Assembly: GCF_000142905.1 (NCBI RefSeq)
Contig: NW_013657661.1
Location: 310,001-374,000, forward strand
Length of the DNA stretch: 64,000 bases
Direction: 5' to 3'
DNA from: Thecamonas trahens ATCC 50062
Taxonomy: Eukaryota > Protista > Apusomonadida
How positions within the stretch are numbered: position 1 is the stretch's first letter; the number at the start of each line of letters is the position of its first letter. The translations under genes and the position numbers were made by a program. The notes below the pieces were generated by a model, which worked only from the letters and a program-made list of their open reading frames with translations, did no database searches and was not told the DNA's origin. Positions 21,020 to 31,670 of the stretch are shown here, one piece after another.

Positions 21020-24000
21020 ATGGTGAACATCATGGGCGGCGCCCGATGCGGCCACGCTCTCGCCACGGTGGTTGTGGCAGTCATGGTGGTAGTGATGGTT
21101 ATGGAGCATGTGTCGGCATCGCCCTGTATCAATGGCATCAACATGTATGATCTTACGGGCGCGCCACGAGTTGTGTACCTTGTCGAGGTGCCCAACTACC
21201 CGGCCAGCGTCAACTGCACCCAGCAGTTCCTCCTCGACGCCGTCGACGAGTGGAAGTTCTTCTGGGAGCTGATCAATCTGGGCACCGGTGACACGATCAA
21301 CATCTTGGACGGAGCGCAGATCGATCCGCCCGACGACCTCGTCTCGTACGTCGAGCCGGTAACCACCATCTTCAACGGGCAGACGCAGTACCCATCAGGC
21401 TCGGTCTTCTCGGTCAACCTCCTTTCCGACGGCACAAACACGGGTGCTTACGCGCTTGGCCTTGAGCGGTGGCGTGAACCGACCAACCTGGTCATCGAGG
21501 GCTACGGCCCGTCCCGAGGCGCGCTCTTTGCCGAGCAGGTCATCGCCAACCTCTCCATGCCGGTCTTCCGCAAGTTTGCCATCGGCACCGACTCGAACGA
21601 CGGGCTCTACAAGGATATCATTGTCTTTGGCCAGTCGACCTTTGTCCCTCCGCTGCAAGAGTCTTTCCTCTTTGCGCCGGCACCGATGGTCTTTATGGGC
21701 GGCTTGGTCGCCTCGCACGTTCGCATTGCTGGCCCAACGTCTGGCACCTCGTATGGCGCGTACGCTCCGGGCTCGAGCATCTACGTCCACATCGTGGACC
21801 CGGACCACCCGCTTGCTGCAGGCCTCTCGGGCACAGTCCAACTCGTCACCGACGACTCGGTCGCCGTCGAGTGGGTCAACCCGCACGCCGAGAACGCTGG
21901 CCTCACTCCCGAGGTCGTGGCTGTTGTGGCCGAGTCGTCGGGCTCGACCATTCGGTCCGAGCGGGCTGTGGCGTTTATGTTTGAGAAGGGTACGCAGATG
22001 CCGACCGGACTCACCGCCACCTCGCGGCGGGTCTTTGTCACCTCGGACCGCAATCGCGAGCTGCTTGCTCACGAAAACGCGTTTAGGCTTCAGCGTGCGG
22101 CAGTCATGGTAGCCGCGCGCACGCTGGTCTTCTCCAACCAGCCGCCAGCCCTTCTCTCGACGGCTGGCAGTTTTGACCTTGTTCTCAACCTCACCAACAC
22201 GCGCGACGGCGCATTGCTGGCAACCGAGAGCGAGACCGTGATCGAGCTCACCGTGGTCGACTCGGCGGCTTTGGTGAGCTTTTCTGGCGGGCCGCCGCAA
22301 GCGACGTTGGCAAATGGCGTCGCCACTTTTACCAACCTCGGCCTTGCTGTCTCATCGCAGCCGACCGCCGCTCTCTCGATTCGCGCCAAGTGTCTCGAGC
22401 CGATGCCTTGCTACTGGGCGCACTCGATTCCGCTCGAGGTGTTCTTGCCGGGGCGTGGCCCGATCTCACCGCAAAACTCGTACGTCAGCGGGCTTGACGC
22501 TATTGCTCCCGGCATGACCACCATCTCGTTCACTATCCACGCCGTCGACGTGTTTGGCGTTGCCAAGTCGACCGGCGGCGACGTCGTCGAGGTCTCGCTG
22601 CAAGTCGGCTCGGGCTCGACGCCGCTGCTGGCGGTCGACAACAGCGACGGAACGTACGCCGCATCGTTTTCCGCCGGTGAGGGCGGGGCCGTCACCATCG
22701 TCGTCCGGGTCGGCCACGCGAACATCCCGCTGGCCAACTCGCCGTTCACCGCCCAGGTCTACGCCAACTGCCCGCCGGGCGAGTTTGCCAAGACCGAGTT
22801 TGGTCCGTGCGAGCCGTGCTTGCTCGACGTCTACCGGTCGGCGAACGACGACCAGGCCGCGTGCGTACCGTGCCCGGTCGGCTCGGGAACTAGCTTTGCG
22901 CGGGTGGCATTGATTGCAAACTGCACATGCAAGGTCGGTTTCTACAATCTTGTCGGTGTGGGACTGCCATGCGCCCGTTGCCCTGTTGGCGCAGTGTGTG
23001 ACGGGGGGACCGAGGCGCCGTACGCTGCGCCCGGCTACTTTCCGGCCAGCGCCGAGCTGTTTCTCGAGTGCAAGGCTGATCGGAGCCTCTGCCCCGGCGG
23101 GCGCGGCGTGCAGTGCGCGGCCGGCCACCGTGGGCGGTTGTGTGCCGACTGCCACAGCGGCTGGTACCGGATCCGCAACAAGTGCCACCAGTGCGAGGGC
23201 GGGCTGACCATGCTCTTTGTGCTTGTGCTCTTGATCTCGATTGTTGTCCTTGGCGGGCTTGCGGTATTCAACGCGCGCTCGACCAACGTGGTCAAATACA
23301 CCACGCTCTCGATTGCGTTCAACTCGCTGCAGATTTCGGCGCTCTTTGGCCAGTTTGAAATCGACTGGCCGTCGCTCGCCGACTCGCTCTTTGCCGCCAT
23401 GTCGTTTGCCAACTTTAATCTCGAGCTTGCAGCACCCGAGTGCGCGTTCGAAGCAAAGTCGCCGTATCTCCTCAAGTATCTGCTCACGATGCTGCTCCCG
23501 CTCTACTTTGTAGCAGTCTACGCTTTTGTCTACGCCTGCTTTGTCCTCCCACAGCGGTGGTTTGCTACTCGATTCGGCGATGCGTTTGTGGCGCAGTTCC
23601 CCGGGTTCTGCACGCCACCTGCGGGCTCGCCCGAGGAGTGGCCTGTGCTCGCCGGGTTGCGGTACGGGATGGCGCAGGTCTTCTTTGACCCGATCAACAA
23701 GCGCAACGCGCGACACGTGTTCATCCGGTGCTGGTGGCAGCTGCTTTCACTGGCGTACCTCCCGCTGGCGCTCATTTCACTTGGCTACATGGACTGCACC
23801 CGTGGAGCCGACGGCGTGCTTGCCCTCGACTCAGATCCATCGTACGCGTGCTCGGGCCGGTATTGGCACTACTTCCCGTTTGCTCTTGTCTTTTCGCTCG
23901 CATACGCTATCGGCATTCCAGCGGCGATTGGGTACCTCCTGCGGTACAAGCGGCGCAAGATGGAGCGGGGCAAGTATCTGGTCCGGTACGGCTTCCTCAC

Positions 24001-24778
24001 GGCGCGATACCTCGACCAGTACTACTGGTGGGAGGTGAAGATCATGGCGCGCAAGTTTGGCGTTGTGATTGCCATGCTCTTTGTCACGTCGTTCCCGTCG
24101 ATGCAGGGTTTTGTTGCCGCGTGCGTTCTCATGTTTGCGCTCGCTGACCACCACTCGAGCTACCCGTACATCACGTTGATCCACAACCTGCTCGAAACGT
24201 TCTCGATCGCGAGCGCCATCCTTGTTCTTGGCTTTGGCGTCGTCTTTCACCATCCGGACTCGCCGTCGTCGAGCGCAGGTGGCATCATCGCCGCGATCAT
24301 CTTTATCAACCTGGCGGTACTTCTTGCCGCGTTCGTGTACGACCTCGCTGTCCAGCGGAGGGAAAAGCGCGAGCTCGACGAAGCCATGGACGACGCCCTC
24401 GTCGAGTCTGAGATGGTAGACGAGGGAGAGTCGGGAACATTTGCCGGCGAGGGCGCGAACGGCAAGGGTCCTATCGCGTCTGTCTCGTCAGTAGAGTTGA
24501 CGGACATCGGCTCGTCGCCGCAGATGCAAATGGTGTCATTCAACGATTCGGCGACGTCCATCCCGCCGGTCACACCTTACGACTCGAACATGGCCACGAT
24601 ACAGTACGGTTCGACTCCGAGCAGCATGCATCAGAGCTACGGCGAGTCGTCGCCGTCGATCGCGGTGCCACCGGTCAACCCGGTGCTGGCGAGCAGTGAG
24701 CCGGTGCCGCCGCCGCGGCCTGTCCGGCCGTCGCGGGCAGGCGTGCCTGTGGGATCGATGCATCCACCCAAGCCGTAA
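21020..24778 (+). CDS. Large receptor-like multipass membrane protein: CUB-like, filamin/Ig repeat, Cys-rich ephrin-receptor-like repeats, multi-TM domain
   Basis: Signal peptide from ATG 21020; NYP..VNC..W (CUB-like); SP..S.VSG..FTI.AVD..G....GGD...DNSDGTY...NSPF (filamin); C.PC...Y......C.PCP repeats; about 8-10 TM segments with LAYLPL..ISL...DC and YGFL..RY...YYWWE. Confidence 0.85.
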   Translation: MVNIMGGARCGHALATVVVAVMVVVMVMEHVSASPCINGINMYDLTGAPRVVYLVEVPNYPASVNCTQQFLLDAVDEWKFFWELINLGTGDTINILDGAQIDPPDDLVSYVEPVTTIFNGQTQYPSGSVFSVNLLSDGTNTGAYALGLERWREPTNLVIEGYGPSRGALFAEQVIANLSMPVFRKFAIGTDSNDGLYKDIIVFGQSTFVPPLQESFLFAPAPMVFMGGLVASHVRIAGPTSGTSYGAYAPGSSIYVHIVDPDHPLAAGLSGTVQLVTDDSVAVEWVNPHAENAGLTPEVVAVVAESSGSTIRSERAVAFMFEKGTQMPTGLTATSRRVFVTSDRNRELLAHENAFRLQRAAVMVAARTLVFSNQPPALLSTAGSFDLVLNLTNTRDGALLATESETVIELTVVDSAALVSFSGGPPQATLANGVATFTNLGLAVSSQPTAALSIRAKCLEPMPCYWAHSIPLEVFLPGRGPISPQNSYVSGLDAIAPGMTTISFTIHAVDVFGVAKSTGGDVVEVSLQVGSGSTPLLAVDNSDGTYAASFSAGEGGAVTIVVRVGHANIPLANSPFTAQVYANCPPGEFAKTEFGPCEPCLLDVYRSANDDQAACVPCPVGSGTSFARVALIANCTCKVGFYNLVGVGLPCARCPVGAVCDGGTEAPYAAPGYFPASAELFLECKADRSLCPGGRGVQCAAGHRGRLCADCHSGWYRIRNKCHQCEGGLTMLFVLVLLISIVVLGGLAVFNARSTNVVKYTTLSIAFNSLQISALFGQFEIDWPSLADSLFAAMSFANFNLELAAPECAFEAKSPYLLKYLLTMLLPLYFVAVYAFVYACFVLPQRWFATRFGDAFVAQFPGFCTPPAGSPEEWPVLAGLRYGMAQVFFDPINKRNARHVFIRCWWQLLSLAYLPLALISLGYMDCTRGADGVLALDSDPSYACSGRYWHYFPFALVFSLAYAIGIPAAIGYLLRYKRRKMERGKYLVRYGFLTARYLDQYYWWEVKIMARKFGVVIAMLFVTSFPSMQGFVAACVLMFALADHHSSYPYITLIHNLLETFSIASAILVLGFGVVFHHPDSPSSSAGGIIAAIIFINLAVLLAAFVYDLAVQRREKRELDEAMDDALVESEMVDEGESGTFAGEGANGKGPIASVSSVELTDIGSSPQMQMVSFNDSATSIPPVTPYDSNMATIQYGSTPSSMHQSYGESSPSIAVPPVNPVLASSEPVPPPRPVRPSRAGVPVGSMHPPKP

Positions 24779-24806
24779 AAACACAATTGCTTTTCGCGAT
24801 GCAGCG

Positions 24807-26650
24807 TCACGAGCGCTGTGCGAGGCGCGTAGGCGTGCCGTAGGCCTCGGCCGAGGCAACAGGAAGCGTCTCGACAAGTGCAACGCCGTGGCGGGGCGTG
24901 TACGGCGCGGTGGAGTGGCCCGCGGGCTCTGCGGAGTGCGGAACGAGGTGACCGACGCAAGCGATGGCGACGAATGCATCGGCGGCGCGGCTGTCGACGC
25001 ATGCGAGCGAGCGAGCGAGCCCGAGGCCGCCGTCGCGTCGAGGTAGGTAGACGAGGTCTCGGTCGAGTGGCGGCGATCACTCTTGGACTTGAAGATCGAG
25101 GTCCGTAGGTAACGCTCTTTGGTGACGGCGTCGGGCTCGCGGAGCGCGTGGTCGAGGCGAGCGCGGATGGAGGCGATGCGGCGCTGGGCAACGACGTGCT
25201 CTGAAACGGCGAGAGCCTGCAGTGGCTCCATCTCGCCGGTGAGCCCTGAGACGTCCGAGGCCGAAGCGTCTGTCGGCGGGGGCATGTCTGCGGCAGAGGC
25301 CGGGCGCGGCAGCGAGTCAGCGCGGGCTGGGCTGAGCATGGCTTCGAGTTCTGCCCGGGCGGCATCGGCCTTGGCTTTTTTCTCGGCGCGGAGGGTGGCG
25401 ACGCGGGCGACGCGGGCCTGGCGTTCGGCCTCGGCGTCGGCACGGGCTCTTTCCATGGAGAGCCTGTGCGCGCGGGCAGCCTTGCGTGTGGCGCGGAGGC
25501 GCTTGCGCTTGCGCTCGGCGTTCTGCTTGGCGATGCGGTCCTTAGTGATGGCGTACTGTGACTGGAGCTGGCGCGACTTTTGGACGCGCTGGGCGGAGGC
25601 TTCTGCGCGTGCAGCCGAAAACTGGGTCTCTTGCTGCTTCTTTTGCATGTTGATGACCTTGTTGTCGAGCCGCTTTTCCGCGGCAGCGGTCCGCTGCTGC
25701 TGGCGAGCGGACTTTTGGCGCTCGCGCTCAGCACGGATGGCCTCAAGGCGGGCCTGTTCCTCCATCTGAACGAGAACCTTCTTGCGAGCGAGCCACTGCT
25801 GCTCGCGCGAGTTGATGGCAGCAGCCATTTGCTTCTGGGCAAATACCTTGCGCGCGCGGAGCGTAGTGCCGACCGTTGACTCGAGGAGCTTGAGCCGACG
25901 GACGTCTTCGCGGCGCTTGCGCATGGCCGCCTTGCGGCGCACAGCCTCGTTGTCTCTGGTCGAGGTGGCGGTTGCCGCAGGTGACTTGGCCTTGTTTGCC
26001 GGCGCAAGTGTGTTGGTCTGCGGGGCGGCTTGTGCGGGTGTGGGGCGGTTGTCTGAAAGGCCAGTCTGTAGGGCGGTTGCAGCTTGACTCTTTTCTGTGG
26101 CCTTGATGGCGGCCTGCCCATTGTCTGACAGTTCAAACTGGGCACCACCGTCAGCTGGAGCAGGCGCCGCCTGCATCGGACCGTCGTCCGACAGCTCAAA
26201 CTGGGCACCGCTGCCAGCTGGAGCAGGCGCCGCCTGCATCGGACCGTCGTCCGACAGCTCAAACTGGGCACCGCTGCCAGCTGGAGCAGGCGCCGCCTGC
26301 ATCGGACCGTCGTCCGACAGTTCGAACTGGGCACCACCCACAGCAGCGCCGCCATGGCCAGGCGTATCATCCGACAGTTCGAACTGGGCACCGCCACCCA
26401 CAGCAGCGCCGCCATGGCCAGGCGTATCATCCGACAGCTCAAACTGGGCACCGCCACCCACAGCAGCACCGCCATGGCCAGGCTCGTCGTCGGAGAGGGC
26501 AAAGGGGCCACCGTCGCCTGCGGCGGCGCCGTCGTCCGACTCGGAGAGGGCAAAGGGCTGGCCACCGGCACCACCACCACCACCACCACCAGCTGCATAC
26601 GGTAGGGTAGCACCATGGTCTGGGTCAGACTCGCTCAGCTCAAAGGCCAT
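24807..26650 (-). CDS. Coiled-coil protein with N-terminal F[E/A]LS[D/E] repeats; probable frameshift near 24876 (uncorrected frame runs to 24536)
   Basis: ATG 26650, nine FxLS-acidic motifs, basic coiled coil. Adding one base at 24876-24877 gives HFVETLPVASAEAYGTPTRLAQRS-stop (24807) and removes a 243-bp overlap with the convergent gene. Confidence 0.75.
26120..26560 (-). repeat. Coding minisatellite with 57-63 bp units in two subfamilies
   Basis: Near-identical DNA units encoding FELSDDTPGHGGAAVGG(G)AQ and FELSDDGPMQAAPAPAGSGAQ. Confidence 0.9.
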
Positions 26651-26808
26651 GACTGTCTGCTCGGTCTCTCTCTGCTGTGCCTCCGTCCGCCCGCAGGTTG
26701 CCGGAGACAGGTCTGCCTGCCGAGCAGAGGTCGCCCGAAGCCGGCCAAACTGCCGCGCCCGCTCGCAGCGCACTCTGCTGCATCGCATCAACGCGCTCAC
26801 ACTGGTTT

Positions 26809-27780
26809 TTACTCGTTGCGGCCGGCAGTCGTGCGGCTAGCACCGCCCTGGCCTCCGGTGCCCCCACGTCCACCTGTCCGCTGCTGGTGCTGGCCGCGCG
26901 GGCGCCGGGCGCCATCGCCGCCGCGTGCCTGGTGCTGCGGCCGGCCGCGTGCCCCAGGGCCACGGGCACCAGGGCCACGGGCACCGGGGCCGCGTGCGCC
27001 AGGGCCACGTGCGCCGGGACCACGTGCGCCAGGGCCACGAGCGTTGGCACCGCGTGCATTGGCACCGCGTGTGTTGGCACCGCGTGCGCCGGCACCGCGC
27101 TGGCCGCGCCGCTGCGGCGGGCGCTGGCCTTGAGTGAACGGCGCGCGCTCGGCGCGACGGGCCTTGACCTCCTCCAGCTCAAAAGGAAAGAGGCCGTCGT
27201 GGGCGGTCAGGTACTGCAGCTTGGCATCGATAAAGTTCTCCAGCTCGTCGGGCTGGGCCCAGGCGCGCGACGAGGCATCCAGCCGCTGAAGCATAGCCTC
27301 GAGGGCGGCGATGCGCGCCTCGGAGCGTGCGGCGTACTTGCGCTCCTTCTCCACGTTCAGGCGTTCCTGGACCTCCAGCCGCTCGGTCTCCTCAGCTTGC
27401 TTGGCCGCCCGCCGCGCCTCGCGCAGCTGGGCAAAGATGGCCGACCGCTCCGCCGACTTTGCGGCGATGCGGCGCGAGCGCTCGGCTGCGGCCTTGGCCG
27501 CCGACTCGCGCCAGGCCCCCAGGGCCGAGACCGCATCCTGGTGCAGCTTGTGCATGGCTGCCCGATAGTGCATCCGCTCCAGCGTGTGCTTCCGAGCGTT
27601 GACCACCCGTGCTGCCTCGGCCGCCTCGTCCAGGCTCATCCCGCTGCCGCCTGCCGCGTCGCCCGACGCCGCCCGCCGCCCCACACACGCCGTCACCGCC
27701 GCTGCCGCCGCTGGCCCCGCCCAAGCCGCCGCTCCGCTTGCGCGCACCGCGCCCACGACACTGCTTGCACTCCGCAGCAT
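26809..27780 (-). CDS. Probable mitochondrial ribosomal protein mS26-like, with an RG-rich pentapeptide tail
   Basis: Presequence-like MLRSASS... HYRAAMHKL, a coiled coil and LDASSRAWAQPDELENFIDAKL resemble mS26 HYR....L and L......FIT.ENLE..VE.AL. Tail of RG[A/P][N/G]A repeats. Confidence 0.55.
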   Translation of the reverse strand: MLRSASSVVGAVRASGAAAWAGPAAAAAVTACVGRRAASGDAAGGSGMSLDEAAEAARVVNARKHTLERMHYRAAMHKLHQDAVSALGAWRESAAKAAAERSRRIAAKSAERSAIFAQLREARRAAKQAEETERLEVQERLNVEKERKYAARSEARIAALEAMLQRLDASSRAWAQPDELENFIDAKLQYLTAHDGLFPFELEEVKARRAERAPFTQGQRPPQRRGQRGAGARGANTRGANARGANARGPGARGPGARGPGARGPGARGPGARGPGARGRPQHQARGGDGARRPRGQHQQRTGGRGGTGGQGGASRTTAGRNE

Positions 27781-28116
27781 TGTCTACCTCTAACCTCGTT
27801 TAGCCCTGACTGACTCTGCCTGGGTTCACTCCGCGACGGGTGTGCCCCCGTTCCCTCCTCTCCTTGCCCGAGTGCCCAAAGTGTCGGATGGCCGAGTCGG
27901 GCGGTCGCTCGCCGGCCGACTCGGTCAGCCGCAACCCGGACGTGATGCCGGCGGCGACTCGGCAGCCTCTGACGATCGTAGCGATCGCAAACATGGTACG
28001 TGTGAGCATGGATGGAAAGTGGTGGAGACTTTGGCCTTTAAAAGGAAATTGCTGGACGACGTGTGCCTCGCTTGCTAGTGGCGGTGGCACTTGGCTCTCG
28101 GCGCGGGCAGCTTGAC

Positions 28117-28734
28117 ATGGCTTCGACCTTGGAGCCAGCACCGAAGCAGCTGGTTGTGCTCGACCTGGGCGAGATCGTGTACGGAGAAGGCAGCATCTAC
28201 GATGGAGTTCTCAACGATGAGTTTCTTGTCCAAGTCAAGCACCTTGAAGTCCAGTATGCGCAGAGGGTGAATCAGTTGCGCGAGCTGTGGGACTCTGTGA
28301 GTGACAGGACGGGGCGGGCGGCGCTCGACCGCGCGGCGCGGATGGTTGCCGGCGCGGTCGGCGTCCTGTTGGATCGTATAGAGAAGGCAGTCCAGACCAA
28401 GATCTCGTTTGCGCGCCCGCTGAAGATCCCATGGTCGGCCGCCGCCGCCGTCACCCGCTGGCTCTTCCACCATCCAGACAACCCATACCCAACAGCAGGG
28501 CAAAAGGAGGCGCTGATGGCCGAGACCGGGATGACTCTTGCGGCGCTCGACACCTACCTTGCCAACCGCCGCTACCGCCTCCGAAAGCGGCTGGACAAGT
28601 GGTGCGCGAGCGATGAGCTCAGCAGCGCGTTTGCAGTCGAGCTCGTCGCGCCGGAGAGCCCATTCGGCGGGCTTCACACCGCTTCGCTCCTGCGCGACGG
28701 ATGGGCCAAGCGGCGGCGTCATCGGCGCGCGTAG
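28117..28734 (+). CDS. TALE-class homeodomain protein, divergent
   Basis: W.F.H.DNPYPT..QKEALM.ETGMT followed by helix 3 DTYLANRRYR; PYP is the TALE hallmark. Confidence 0.85.
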   Translation: MASTLEPAPKQLVVLDLGEIVYGEGSIYDGVLNDEFLVQVKHLEVQYAQRVNQLRELWDSVSDRTGRAALDRAARMVAGAVGVLLDRIEKAVQTKISFARPLKIPWSAAAAVTRWLFHHPDNPYPTAGQKEALMAETGMTLAALDTYLANRRYRLRKRLDKWCASDELSSAFAVELVAPESPFGGLHTASLLRDGWAKRRRHRRA

Positions 28735-31091
28735 CTACGACGGGCCCGACGATGACGGCGGCGCCGAGAGAGGGAGCATATTGTGGCGGGCAAGGAACTT
28801 GTTGCGGGCCTCGGAGATGTTGAGGATCCACTCGATCTTGACCTTGTGGGATGGCGCCTCCCACACGTACTCTTTCTCGGCGGTCCGGAGGCGGAAGACG
28901 TTGGCAAGCGTGGGAGTGTCCTTCATATCCTCGACAAGAACGGCCGAGAGCGGAAAGTGCTTGCGCATGGAATACGTCTTGCGGCCGACGAGCGACTTTT
29001 TGGCCCAGAGCAGCGTCGAGTCGAGGACCACCATGAGTCGCTCCTCGGTCTTTGAGCCGGTTCGCTTGACCAGGAGCCCGTCCTGGATGACGCACGGCGC
29101 CGCCGAGAGAAGCAGCGAGTCGGAGCCGTCGATAGCGTCGAGCAACTGCTCTAGCCGGCGCTGCTCATCGGCGACGCGTTTGTTGTCGTTGACCCGCTGG
29201 ACAAGCGCGTCGAGAAGGGCGTGGGCCTTGCTCAGCAGCTCGAGACCCGGCGCCTCCGGTGGCGTTGCCTTGATCAACTCGCGGAGGAGAAGCGGATACT
29301 TGCAAAGCCGCTGGACGGGCTTGACCAGGTAGCCCTCCAGCGGGAGCCGCCGCAGCGGTGTCAAATCGCCCACTTCGTCCAGAAACCTGCGCAGTTTGGA
29401 TCCGGTCCGCCCGAGACATGCCCGCTTAAGGTTCGAGATCGAGCGTGGGTGGTTGCCGCAGTACTCAGAGTAGGCTGCAGCGAGGGCGCGGATATGTGGG
29501 ACAAGGATGTCTGCAATGGCGCCGACCGTCGGCGCGCTCAGCTGCCGCGCCTGTAGATCGGCGAGGAGCGCCGTGTGCAATGTGAGCAGGTCGTCGACGT
29601 TGGCAAAGATCGAGGCCGTCATTTCGCTCTCCAGAACCTCGGGCAACTCGCGGAGTGGGTGTGCAAAGACGTTGATCAGCAGCTCGAGGTCGGTCACAAA
29701 CTGCACCTCGGACGAGACAAACTCGAACATGACCTCTTGTCGCACGTACTCGTCGCCGTTCAGCGTGTCGAGCGGGATGAGAAACAGCTCGGCATAGTCG
29801 CGATATGTCGACGGCTCGGATGCCGGCGCGACGTGAAAAACCATCTCCAGCGGGTTGGGGACCACAGACTTTTTCCCTCCGCACACGCTCAGCGATACTG
29901 TCTCGACCAGCGGATTTGTGCCTGCGGCGTTGACGGCATTGATCACCGCCCGCTGCAGCGCACTCGCCACATGCATGCCAAAGTTGTCGACCGTCGCGCA
30001 TGCGCAGGTGCGCAGCCGCGAGAGCTGGGCCTTGAGCGCGGTAAAAGACGAGGTGGGGACGGCGCTCTCGACGACCTCGCCGTCCGATGCATGCGGTTCG
30101 TCGCCGCGAGCTGCCACAATAGCAGTCTTGGCCACAACCAGCGTCGCCGACGCCAGCGATGACAGCTCGTAGGTGTTGAAGCCCGGCGGGCCGTCATCAA
30201 GCACCGCGAGTAGCGTCTTCAGCAGCTTGATGGTGTGGACAGTGGCCGGCAGTAGCTCAGCGGAGGAGCTGGGTTCCACAAGCGGAACAAGCTCGTCGAG
30301 CGCGTCGATGAATGTCGCCTGTGCATCCTTGGCGTCCGCACACACCTTGACACATTGGGTTCGGAGGACCTTGGTTGACGGCTCAGAGGCAACGAGCGCG
30401 AGTGGGATGGCGACCGACGCCAGGGGTGTGATGCGCTTGCGCCGCTTACCACCGGTAGCCCGAATCCGCGGCTTGGACTTGCGGCGGCCGGTCGAGGCTG
30501 ATGCCGTCACCGGCGCACCGCCCATGGCCGAGACGTGGACCGAGTTACGATGATTGACCGAGCACGCGTCACAGAGCGCACCAATCTTGGTGTCCTCAAA
30601 CTCGGCCCGCGCGGAAGCTCGGCCTTGCACATGCGGCACTTGAAGCAAGCGACGTGGAAGAGGCCCGCCCGGACTGCAACAGGATTCGGATCGCGGATGA
30701 CAAGTCCGCAGGCGACACACTGGCGGGCGACGAGCGCGTCGTAGTCGGCTCGGCAATACGGCGCGCCCTCGAGGGCAAAGTACGCGCCACCGGCAAAAGG
30801 CTTGCCACAGCCGAAACAGACGAAACAGGCCGGATGAAAGGCATTGTCACATGCTCGCAACATGGAGCCGAGCACAGTCTTCCCGCATCGCTTGCACGGC
30901 TCCCCGTGATGAGCCGAATAGCATGAGGCACAGAACGGAGCGGACTTGACGTCGACAAAGGCGCCATCCGGGAAGGGCTTGCGGCATTTGACACAGACAA
31001 AGCAAGCCGGATGCCATTTACGACCACATGCTGCTAGCATTGGTTGACCTTGCTTCAACGGCATGCCACACCGGCCGCCGCATTTGACCAT
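28735..31091 (-). CDS. Triple-LIM plus DH-PH RhoGEF; frameshift near 30606
   Basis: Three LIM domains (WHPACF.C..C, FHPACF.C..C, FHVACF.C..C). One added G gives ELPRGAEFEDTKIGALCDAC and completes LIM3. DH motifs EFVSSEVQFVTDL, IFANV and LVKPVQRLCKYPLLL; PH domain ending KIEWILNI. Confidence 0.9.
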
Positions 31092-31259
31092 TCTCCCCCC
31101 GGTGGATTCAGCCTAGACGTGTGCGCCCTGCTCGCACGCGACGCGTGACAGGTGACGGGGTGGTGGTGGTTGGGGGGGGGGGGTTGGGGGGTTGGGGGGT
31201 TGGGGGGTTGGTTGGGCTTTGAAAGGAGAGAGCGGGAGAGGGGATGGGTGGCCCACCGA

Positions 31260-31316
31260 GTGGTGGTGGTGGTGGTGGTGGTGGTGGTGGTGGTGGTGGT
31301 GGTGGTGGTGGTGGTG
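31260..31316. repeat. (GGT)n microsatellite in a divergent intergenic region
   Basis: About 18 tandem GGT units. Confidence 0.95.
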
Positions 31317-31670
31317 AGGTGGTGTGGAAAGAGGGGTGAGAGGCAGGCGAGGCTGTCATTGGTCGGTGGCTTTGGTCGATGAGCTTGGTGGCGATTGGCA
31401 TCGGCTGGGCATGGGGCGCGTGGACACAGCGTGGACATGAGCGGGTGCAGAGCGTGTGTGATGCTTAGTCATCGACTGCACGCATCGTTGATATGTGGTG
31501 GTGGATGATCGGGCCGGGAAGGACGGTGGTGGCGTCGCAGAGGGAGGTCGGCATGGAGGCACGAGTTCGCTCCTGGTCAAGGTGCCCACAGGCAACGCTA
31601 TCCAGAGCCGGCAGGTGGACACGTCTCACATAGCACTCACCACTTACCTCTCTCAAAACTCGCCTTTGGT

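Noticed and set aside
24536-24806. 243-bp antisense coding overlap between two convergent genes
   Set aside because: Better explained by a one-base deficit near 24876 that restores a stop at 24807.
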